Part shown: positions 1 to 7,189 of the stretch, in pieces
Layout of the letters: every line of letters begins with the position of its first letter
Numbering within the stretch: position 1 is the first letter of the stretch
Assembly: GCA_037446635.1 (NCBI GenBank)
Contig: JBBIIG010000069.1
Location: 1 to 19,936 of the forward strand
Direction: 5' to 3'
Length of the DNA stretch: 19,936 nt
Source of the DNA: a bacterium
GTDB taxonomy: Bacteria; Zhuqueibacterota; Zhuqueibacteria; Oceanimicrobiales; Oceanimicrobiaceae
The notes under the pieces: model-generated
Databases searched by the model: none
Told to the model about the DNA's origin: nothing
What the model saw: the letters and a program-made list of their open reading frames with translations, nothing else
Program-made: the position numbers and the translations under genes

Positions 1-84
1 GGAGGAGGGGGCGGATTTGGCGGCGGCTTAGGGGGGTTTGGCGGCGGGATGAGCGGCGGCGGCGGCGCGGGACGGGGGTATTAA
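1..84 (+). CDS. 3' end of a Gly-rich-tailed protein, probably TPM-domain (YgcG-like); partial
   Basis: Frame 1 reads GGGGGFGGGLGGFGGGMSGGGGAGRGY*, stop TAA at 82-84. A GGFGGGxSGGGGAxxxW/F/Y tail is typical of TPM-domain proteins, which commonly neighbour lemA. Confidence 0.75.
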   Translation, partial: GGGGGFGGGLGGFGGGMSGGGGAGRGY

Positions 85-111
85 CTTTTGTAGGCAAGAA
101 AGGAGCATAAC

Positions 112-837
112 GTGCCCAACATACCCGATTCCCCCGAAGAAATTTTTGGGGAATTTTCTCAAGATTTTCAAACTGCTTACGGCAGCGATTTGCTCTCCAT
201 CATCCTCTACGGCAGCGGTGCCAGGGGCGAGTACGTTCCCAAAAAGTCGGATATCAATTTTCTCATCGTCTTAAGCGAACGTGGCATCGCGCACCTCGAA
301 AAGGCGCTCGACCTTATTCCCAAATGGCGCCAGCGCGCCGTGGCCGTTCCCCTCTTTCTCACCAAATGGTACATCGCCTCCGCGCTGGATACCTACCCCA
401 TCGAATTTTTGGATATGAAAACCCACCACCGCCTCGTGTTTGGTGAAGATGTTTTGAATGATCTGCAGATCGACAAAAACCATTTGCGGCTGCAGATTGA
501 GCGCGAGCTGCGGGGGAAGCTGCTGGCGCTGCGCCAGGGATTTCTCAGCACCGGAAACGATCGGGACAGCCTGCGCGCGATGTTAGCCGGCACGGTTTCG
601 ACCTTTGCCGCAATTTTTGAGGCGCTGCTATTTTTGAAGGGAGAAGAACCGCCCAACTTGAAGGCTCAAATTTTTGAGAAAACCGCTCAAACTTTTGAAC
701 TCGATCATTCCGTTTTCATTCAAATGATGAATGTTAAAAATGACCAGTGGCACGGCTCGCGGGTGCAGCTTCAGGAAATCGCCGCAGATTATATTAAACA
801 GATAAAACGACTGATTGAAATTGTGGACAAAATGTAG
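112..837 (+). CDS. Nucleotidyltransferase-fold (Pol-beta superfamily) protein with helical C-terminal domain
   Basis: IILYGSGARGE...SDINFLIV motif (GS plus DxD-like, here DIN). AAGGAG RBS before the GTG start. Confidence 0.8.
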   Translation: MPNIPDSPEEIFGEFSQDFQTAYGSDLLSIILYGSGARGEYVPKKSDINFLIVLSERGIAHLEKALDLIPKWRQRAVAVPLFLTKWYIASALDTYPIEFLDMKTHHRLVFGEDVLNDLQIDKNHLRLQIERELRGKLLALRQGFLSTGNDRDSLRAMLAGTVSTFAAIFEALLFLKGEEPPNLKAQIFEKTAQTFELDHSVFIQMMNVKNDQWHGSRVQLQEIAADYIKQIKRLIEIVDKM

Positions 838-896
838 TTTGGTTTTACGATTATTTTTGTTATTTTCTTTTGAAGCAACATCGGGAGGATTGAAGA

Positions 897-1271
897 ATGG
901 CGGTCATTGAGAAAAAAATCAAGCTGGTAGGCTCAAAGGGGGAGAAAGAAGTTTTGGCATTGTTTGATAGTGGGGCAACGTATTCTTGCATCCACCCCGA
1001 ACTCGCTGAACAACTTGAAGTTCTAATACCCCTGCCGCGAGGATTCGAGTTTGAGACGGCGGAGAAGGGAAAGAAATTGAAGGCGAAGTCGCATGTGAGC
1101 CTGATTTTTTATATGAATGGTGATCGTTTTTCAGACGAGTTCATGGTCATTGAGGGGTTGTCCGATCAATTAATCATCGGCGCCAAAACCTTACAGTCAT
1201 GGCGCATGAAGTTAGATTTCAAGCAGGAAGAAGTCATTTACGATCCACGCGTAACAAAACTCAGAATCTGA
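897..1271 (+). CDS. Retropepsin-like (clan AA) aspartic protease, single domain, 124 aa
   Basis: ALFDSGATYS catalytic D[ST]G motif and the downstream LIIGAKTL motif. GGGAGG RBS. Confidence 0.85.
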   Translation: MAVIEKKIKLVGSKGEKEVLALFDSGATYSCIHPELAEQLEVLIPLPRGFEFETAEKGKKLKAKSHVSLIFYMNGDRFSDEFMVIEGLSDQLIIGAKTLQSWRMKLDFKQEEVIYDPRVTKLRI

Positions 1272-1289
1272 GAAATTGGAGGGATAAAA

Positions 1290-1919
1290 ATGGGCAAAGG
1301 GTTAAAAATATTTATCGGCGTGGCCATCGTTCTGGTGGTCGTCGGATTCATGGTGTACTCATTTTTCGTCAACACCTACAACTCTCTGGTTAATTTAGAT
1401 GAAACGGTGAACGGCGCCTGGGCGCAAGTGCAGAACGTCTATCAGCGCCGCGCGGATTTGATTCCCAATTTAGTCGAAACCGTGAAAGGTTACGCCGCCC
1501 ACGAGCGCGAAACGCTGGAAGCGGTGATTCAGGCGCGCGCTAACGCTACCCGTCCCCAGCTTAATGTTAGCGGCGAGGAAATCCTGCAGAATCCCCAACT
1601 GTTTCAACAGTTTGAGCAAGCGCAGGGGCAGTTAGGCGCGGCGCTCGGCCGGCTGATGGTGGTCATCGAGCGTTATCCGGATTTGAAGGCCAACGTCAAT
1701 TTCATCCGGCTGCAGGATGAGTTAGCGGGCACAGAAAACCGCATCGCGGTTGAGCGGCGGCGATTTAACGAAACCGTTCAGCAATACAATCAGACGCTGC
1801 GGACGTTCCCCACGGTGCTGATCGCCGGCATGTTTGGCTTTCAGCAGCGGCCTTATTTTCAAGCCAGCGAGGCGGCGCAGGAGGCGCCCAAAGTGGATTT
1901 CTCCAAAGGCAGCAACTAA
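1290..1919 (+). CDS. lemA: LemA family protein
   Basis: N-terminal TM helix, YNSLV...WAQV...YQRRADLIPNLVETVKGYAAHE, ERYPDLKAN...LQDELAGTENRIAVERRRFN. GGAGG RBS. Confidence 0.95.
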   Translation: MGKGLKIFIGVAIVLVVVGFMVYSFFVNTYNSLVNLDETVNGAWAQVQNVYQRRADLIPNLVETVKGYAAHERETLEAVIQARANATRPQLNVSGEEILQNPQLFQQFEQAQGQLGAALGRLMVVIERYPDLKANVNFIRLQDELAGTENRIAVERRRFNETVQQYNQTLRTFPTVLIAGMFGFQQRPYFQASEAAQEAPKVDFSKGSN

Positions 1920-1922
1920 CGG

Positions 1923-3479
1923 ATGGCTTCTGAGAAAATCAAACCAGCTGGTCCAAACGATTGCTATTCCTTCCGCCAAAAAATCAGCCTCGTCTCGGGC
2001 CTCCCGATTTTTCTGTTCATTCTGTGTTTGCCAACGCCTGCGGGGCTTTCGCCCGCAGGCCATCGAACGCTCGCCGTAACCGTGCTCATGGCTTTCTGGT
2101 GGATCACCGAAGCCCTGCCCATCGCCGCCACTGCCCTCATTCCGCTGGCCCTCTTTCCTTTTCTCGGCATCATGGAAACCAAGTCGGTCGCGGTGAATTA
2201 TGGCGACAGCGTTCTCTTTATGTTCATGGGTGGGTTTTTTCTTGCCATCACCATGCAGAAGTGGAACCTCCACAAGCGGCTCGCCCTGCACATTGTCCGA
2301 ATCATTGGCGCCAACGCGCAGCGCATCGTTTTGGGATTTATGTTGGCCACGGCGTTCATCTCGCTGTTTATTGCCAACATCTCGGCCACCCTGCTGATGT
2401 ATCCCATCGCGTTGGCCGTGCTGCTGCAACTTTCGGAATTGGATGACACGGCCGACGCCGTCACCCACGCCAACTTGCGGGTGGCGCTGATGCTTGGCAT
2501 TGCCTACTCGGCCAGCGTGGGCGGCATCGGCACGCTCATCGGCACGCCGCCCAATCTCATCTTTGCCGGGGCGGTCAGCTCGATGTTTCCCGGCGCGCCA
2601 GCCATCGGCTTTGCGCAGTGGATGGCCATCGGCCTGCCGCTGGTGATAATCTTTTTGCCCATCATCTGGGTTTGCTTGACGCGCTTCATTTTTCCTCTTC
2701 CCAAAGTTGAATTGACCGGCGGCAAAGAGTATATTAAAAATGAACTGGCGTTTCTTGGTAAAATGACCGCTGGCGAAAGCCGCACGTTGGGAGTGTTTGT
2801 TTTGACGGCCTTCGCGCTCATTTTTCGCAGCGATATTGGCCTGGGGGTGGTTGTTATTCCCGGCTGGACGAATTTTTTGGGGATATCAGAGTGGGTGAGC
2901 GATACCACCGTGATGATGTTCATGAGCATTCTCTTGTTTATGATTCCGGTCCGTTGGCGTGAGGGGGAATTTCTTTTGGATTGGCCGTCGGCGGTGAAGA
3001 TTCCCTGGGGTTTGCTGCTGCTCTTTGGCGGGGGAATTGCGATGGCAAAGGGTTTCCAGACCTCGGGGCTGGCCGATTGGCTGGGCTCCCATCTCGGTCG
3101 TTTGCAGCACCTGCCGGTGATGGTCATGATTCTTCTCGTTTGTTTGATGATGACGTTTATGACCGAAGTGGCCTCGAACACCGCGATTACGACCATCTTC
3201 ATGCCGGTGATGGCATCGACTGCCATCGGGATGGGGACGCACCCGTTTTTGTTGATGATCCCGGCCGCCATCTCCGCATCGTGTGCGTTCATGCTGCCAG
3301 TGGCGACGCCGCCCAACGCCGTCATTTTTGGTTCCGGCTATTTGCGGATTAGCGATATGGCGAAGGCCGGCGTGGTGATCAATTTCATTGGCGCGGTTTT
3401 GGTGACGCTGCTGGTGTACTTTCTGGCGCTCCCGTTGTTCGATATCCAGCCCGGGCAATTGCCGGTTTGGGCGAAATAG
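1923..3479 (+). CDS. SLC13/DASS family divalent anion:Na+ symporter
   Basis: Multi-TM protein with WWITEALP, GGIGTLIGTPPN, TEVASNTA and AFMLPVATPPNA motifs. Starts 3 nt after the lemA stop. Confidence 0.92.
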   Translation: MASEKIKPAGPNDCYSFRQKISLVSGLPIFLFILCLPTPAGLSPAGHRTLAVTVLMAFWWITEALPIAATALIPLALFPFLGIMETKSVAVNYGDSVLFMFMGGFFLAITMQKWNLHKRLALHIVRIIGANAQRIVLGFMLATAFISLFIANISATLLMYPIALAVLLQLSELDDTADAVTHANLRVALMLGIAYSASVGGIGTLIGTPPNLIFAGAVSSMFPGAPAIGFAQWMAIGLPLVIIFLPIIWVCLTRFIFPLPKVELTGGKEYIKNELAFLGKMTAGESRTLGVFVLTAFALIFRSDIGLGVVVIPGWTNFLGISEWVSDTTVMMFMSILLFMIPVRWREGEFLLDWPSAVKIPWGLLLLFGGGIAMAKGFQTSGLADWLGSHLGRLQHLPVMVMILLVCLMMTFMTEVASNTAITTIFMPVMASTAIGMGTHPFLLMIPAAISASCAFMLPVATPPNAVIFGSGYLRISDMAKAGVVINFIGAVLVTLLVYFLALPLFDIQPGQLPVWAK

Positions 3480-3618
3480 TTACGTTTCTAAACATTGCGA
3501 ATCGCAGCGGCTTCAAATCTTAAAATTGAGAAAACCGTCTTCAAGAAAATGTTTTTGCAGATAGGAGTCTAACAATAAATTCAGAGACTTATCTTCCTCC
3601 CAATTTCTGAGCAAACAG

Positions 3619-3634
3619 TGGTATGTTTCTTGAT
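3619..3634 (+). promoter_or_regulatory. Possible sigma54 (-24/-12) promoter of gdhA
   Basis: TGGTAT-GTTTC-TTGAT versus consensus TGGCAC-N5-TTGC. Spacing is correct, but GA replaces GC at -12. Confidence 0.35.
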
Positions 3635-3712
3635 ATTAGCGTTTATCATGTCTATCGACCGCTTCGCGAACTTTCCTGTTCTTAATCATATTATAATTCA
3701 ATAGGAGGCTTT

Positions 3713-5074
3713 ATGTCTGAGTATGTGAAAAACTTGATGGCCGAAGTGAAAGCCAAGAATCCCAACGAGCCGGAATTTCACCAGGCCGTTCAGGAGGTGG
3801 CCGAGTCATTAGACCTGGTTTTGGAGCGGCATCCCGAATACCGCGCCGCCAAAATTCTCGAGCGCATCATCGAGCCTGAGCGGATAATCATGTTTCGTGT
3901 GCCGTGGATGGACGACCGCGGCGAGATTCACGTCAATCGCGGTTTTCGCATTGAGATGAATAGCGCGATTGGCCCCTACAAAGGCGGCCTGCGTTTTCAC
4001 CCTTCGGTGAATTTAGGAATCCTAAAGTTCTTGGCGTTTGAGCAGGTATTTAAAAACAGCCTGACCACCTTGCCGATGGGCGGCGGCAAGGGTGGCTCAG
4101 ATTTTGATCCCAAAGGTAAAAGCGACAACGAAGTCATGCGTTTCTGTCAAAGTTTTATGAGCGAACTGTTTCGCCACATTGGTCCGGATACCGATGTGCC
4201 GGCCGGTGACATCGGCGTGGGCGGCCGCGAGATTGGTTTTCTCTTCGGGCAATATAAGAAGTTGCGCAATGAGTTTACTGGCGTCCTCACTGGCAAAGGT
4301 TTGAACTGGGGCGGCTCGCTCATTCGTCCCGAAGCCACCGGCTACGGCGCGGTTTACTTTGCCGCTGAAATGCTGGCCACGCGCGGCGAGACGCTGGCCG
4401 GCAAAGTGTGTCTGGTCTCAGGCAGCGGCAACGTGGCGCAATACACGGTTGAGAAAATCAATCAGTTGGGTGGAAAGGTGGTAACGCTTTCCGATTCCAA
4501 TGGTTATATTTATGATGAAGAAGGTATCACGCCGCAAAAATTACAGTTTGTCCTGGAGTTGAAAAATGTTCGCCGCGGCCGCATCAAAGAGTACGCGGAT
4601 AAATTCAAAAGCGCGGTGTACACCCCGATCAATCCGGGGGCGGCCTTCAATCCGCTGTGGAATCACAAAGCTCAATGTGCCTTCCCCAGCGCTACGCAAA
4701 ATGAAATTAACGCCCAAGATGCGCAAAATCTGGTGAAAAATGGTGTCTATTGCGTGAGCGAGGGCGCCAACATGCCCACCACCCTTGACGGCGTGAAAAT
4801 CTTTTTGGACAACGGCGTTCTCTACGGTCCGGCCAAAGCCGCCAACGCCGGCGGCGTGGCAACCTCCGGATTAGAAATGTCGCAGAACAGCATGCGTCTG
4901 CCGTGGAGCCGCGAGGAAGTGGACGCCCGTTTACACCAAATTATGAAGAACATTCACAAGACCTGCGTGGAGATGGCTGAACGTTTCGGCACGCCGGGGA
5001 ATTATGTGAACGGCGCCAACATCGGCGGTTTCCTCAAAGTTGCGGACGCGATGATGGATCAAGGACTGGTGTAG
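3713..5074 (+). CDS. gdhA: NADP-specific glutamate dehydrogenase
   Basis: GPYKGGLRFHPSVN, LPMGGGKGGSDFDPK, DVPAGDIGVG, RPEATGYG, SGSGNVA and KAANAGGVATSGLEM motifs. AGGAGG RBS. Confidence 0.97.
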   Translation: MSEYVKNLMAEVKAKNPNEPEFHQAVQEVAESLDLVLERHPEYRAAKILERIIEPERIIMFRVPWMDDRGEIHVNRGFRIEMNSAIGPYKGGLRFHPSVNLGILKFLAFEQVFKNSLTTLPMGGGKGGSDFDPKGKSDNEVMRFCQSFMSELFRHIGPDTDVPAGDIGVGGREIGFLFGQYKKLRNEFTGVLTGKGLNWGGSLIRPEATGYGAVYFAAEMLATRGETLAGKVCLVSGSGNVAQYTVEKINQLGGKVVTLSDSNGYIYDEEGITPQKLQFVLELKNVRRGRIKEYADKFKSAVYTPINPGAAFNPLWNHKAQCAFPSATQNEINAQDAQNLVKNGVYCVSEGANMPTTLDGVKIFLDNGVLYGPAKAANAGGVATSGLEMSQNSMRLPWSREEVDARLHQIMKNIHKTCVEMAERFGTPGNYVNGANIGGFLKVADAMMDQGLV

Positions 5075-5119
5075 CAAAATTTACTACACCTTCAAGTTTA
5101 GTAAACTTTTGGCGCCTCG

Positions 5120-5147
5120 AACCCTCGGATTTTTCCGGGGGTTTTTT
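5120..5147 (+). terminator. Intrinsic terminator of gdhA
   Basis: Stem AACCCTCGGA / TCCGGGGGTT (one G-U pair), TTTT loop, followed by a T run. Confidence 0.85.
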
Positions 5148-5172
5148 GTCTCTTAACCGAACTTCTTCAATG

Positions 5173-5194
5173 TTGTCATCAATTCGTAACATTG
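5173..5194 (+). promoter_or_regulatory. Pho box upstream of porin gene
   Basis: TTGTCAT-caat-TCGTAAC-attg: two heptamers at 11-bp pitch resembling CTGTCAT-N4-CTGTAAC. A further in-register TCTTAAC lies at 5151. Confidence 0.7.
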
Positions 5195-5262
5195 GATTGA
5201 TATTTTATTAAAAATTCTTAAGTATATGTTTCGTCTACAAAATTAAAATTGAGGAGGGTTTT

Positions 5263-6285
5263 ATGTTTAGAAATTTTATCTGGGTTATCGCAGCGATTGT
5301 TTTTGTTTTTATCGGAGCGCAGGAAAGCTTCTCGCAGGGAAAATTCAGCGGCTATATGTTTGGCGATTTATATTACGTCGCCAGCAACCACGACGCGTCT
5401 ATTGAAGACCGAAATGGCTTCTGGTTTCGGAGAATTTATTTCACCTACGATCAGGGTCTAAGCGAGCAATTTGCGGTTCGTTTCCGCTTGGAGTTGGTCA
5501 GCGAAGGCGATTTTACTACCCGCGCGAACCTCGAGCCGTTTCTTAAAGACGGCTATCTGAAGTGGAGCCGTTCCGGCCATTCCGTGATTTTGGGGTTATC
5601 GCCTACTCCCACCTGGGAGTATTTTGAAGAATTCTGGGGATACCGTTCAGTGGAGAAGACGCCGGCGGATTTATATAAATTTGGTTCGTCGCGGGATTTT
5701 GGAGTCGCCGTGAAAGGCAGCCTCGGAAGCGCCAAGAACATCAAATACCATTTTATGTTTGGCAACGGTGGCGGCACCAACGGCGCCGACACCAACGAAG
5801 GCAAAAAACTGATGTTGGCCGTAGCCTATGAATTCTCCAAAAACTTTTTCGTGGAGGCCTATGGCGATTGGGAGGAACGTCCGGGGCCAACCAATCGCTA
5901 CACGGCGCAGGGCTCGGTGGGATACAAAAATGACAAGCTGCGAGTGGGCGGGCAGTTTTTGCGTCAGACCCGCGAGGGCGCGCTTGCCGATCTGAATCTG
6001 GAAGTCGCTTCTGGATTTATGGTAGTGCAGGCAAAGGAAAAACTCGCCGGATTTCTGCGCTACGACCGTTTGTTCGATCCTCTCCCGGACGGACCGTCCA
6101 TTGCCTACCTCCCATTTTCTAACGCGGCCAAGGCGAATTTCATCGTGGCCGGGCTGGATTACGAGCCGCAGCCGCAGGTGCATTTCATGCCAAACGTTGA
6201 ATTCGCTTTCTATGATGAAAGCGCTGGCGTCAACCCGGATACCGATGTCATCCCGCGGCTGACGTTTTATTATATCTGGAAGTAG
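5263..6285 (+). CDS. Outer-membrane beta-barrel, putative phosphate-selective (OprO/OprP-like) porin
   Basis: Signal peptide, alternating aromatic beta-strand pattern, GFWFRRIYF motif reminiscent of porin O/P FRRAR, aromatic C-terminal strand (LTFYYIWK), Pho box upstream, next to phoBR-pst. Confidence 0.65.
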   Translation: MFRNFIWVIAAIVFVFIGAQESFSQGKFSGYMFGDLYYVASNHDASIEDRNGFWFRRIYFTYDQGLSEQFAVRFRLELVSEGDFTTRANLEPFLKDGYLKWSRSGHSVILGLSPTPTWEYFEEFWGYRSVEKTPADLYKFGSSRDFGVAVKGSLGSAKNIKYHFMFGNGGGTNGADTNEGKKLMLAVAYEFSKNFFVEAYGDWEERPGPTNRYTAQGSVGYKNDKLRVGGQFLRQTREGALADLNLEVASGFMVVQAKEKLAGFLRYDRLFDPLPDGPSIAYLPFSNAAKANFIVAGLDYEPQPQVHFMPNVEFAFYDESAGVNPDTDVIPRLTFYYIWK

Positions 6286-6360
6286 GGGCGTATGGCTATA
6301 CGCCCTACACGGTATTGTAGGGGCGAATTCTCGTTGGGGCGTATCGCGATACGCCCCTAC
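6282..6360. repeat. Cluster of GTAG-type REP palindromes
   Basis: GTAGGGGCGTATGGCTATACGCCCTAC (6282-6308), half-copy GTAGGGGCGAATTC (6317-6330), GTTGGGGCGTATCGCGATACGCCCCTAC (6333-6360). Confidence 0.85.
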
Positions 6361-6496
6361 CCAAGTTGCGAAAGTTTTCAATCTCACGGGACAAGAAAGC
6401 TTTGCATTGCTGGATTTTTTGCTTAAATTTTCACCTGAAATGGAGGAGGTCTCCACTGCCATTTAAACTCACTTAGACTAACTTGCGACGGGAAGC

Positions 6497-7189
6497 ATGC
6501 AAAGCGAAACCATTTTAGTGGTAGAGGATGAGAGGGATATTCTCGATCTCGTCTGTTATCATCTCGAACAGGCTGGTTATAAAACACAGCGCGCCGACTC
6601 CGGCCGCGCGGCGCTCGAAATCGCCGGCCAAAATCAACTGGATTTGATCATCTTGGATATCATGCTGCCCGGCCTCTCGGGCACGGAAGTTTGCCGAGTG
6701 CTGAAGCAGCAGGAAGAGACGCGCCACATTCCAATCATCATGTTGACCGCCAAAGGCGAGGAGATCGATCGCGTCGTCGGCTTCGAGTTGGGCGCGGACG
6801 ATTACGTCACCAAGCCCTTCAGTCCCCGCGAGTTGGTGCTACGGGTGAAAGCTATTTTCAAACGTATTCACAACGCGGGCGACAAAAAAGAGGTGATCGT
6901 CATTGACGGCATGACTATCGACGTGCCGAAACATCTGGTGCTGTTGGACGGCGACCGCGTCGAGCTGACCGCCACGGAATTCAAATTGCTGCTGACGCTG
7001 GTGGAACGCAAGGGCCGCGTGCAAACCCGCGATATGCTCTTAGAGACGGTGTGGGGGTACGACTACGTTGGCTTCACCCGCACGGTTGACACGCATATCC
7101 GGCGGCTGCGCGCCAAATTAAATAAATGGGGCGATTGCATTGAGACCATCCGCGGCGTGGGCTATCGCTTCCGGGAGTTAGAAGTGTAA
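6497..7189 (+). CDS. phoB: OmpR/PhoB family response regulator (PhoB/PhoP)
   Basis: REC domain (VVEDE, LDIMLP, LTAK, GADDYVTKPFSPREL) plus winged helix (TRTVDTHIRRLRAKL...IETIRGVGY). pst context. Confidence 0.88.
   Translation: MQSETILVVEDERDILDLVCYHLEQAGYKTQRADSGRAALEIAGQNQLDLIILDIMLPGLSGTEVCRVLKQQEETRHIPIIMLTAKGEEIDRVVGFELGADDYVTKPFSPRELVLRVKAIFKRIHNAGDKKEVIVIDGMTIDVPKHLVLLDGDRVELTATEFKLLLTLVERKGRVQTRDMLLETVWGYDYVGFTRTVDTHIRRLRAKLNKWGDCIETIRGVGYRFRELEV

Noticed and set aside
1..80. GGC-rich low-complexity tract as a DNA repeat or G-quadruplex element
   Set aside because: Fully explained by the poly-Gly C-terminal coding sequence.
2504..3325. 273-aa minus-strand ORF and other long antisense or alternative-frame ORFs over the DASS, pst and amidohydrolase genes
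   Set aside because: Shadows of GC-rich coding regions with no recognisable motifs, fully overlapping well-supported genes.
5671..6462. 263-aa minus-strand ORF opposite the porin
   Set aside because: It runs through the REP cluster (VGAYRDTP is translated REP) and lies antisense to a credible gene.
6402..6465. TTGCAT-16-TAAATT promoter and AAATGG/CCATTT hairpin before phoB
   Set aside because: Plausible, but the spacing is suboptimal and the hairpin is short, so it is too weak to call.
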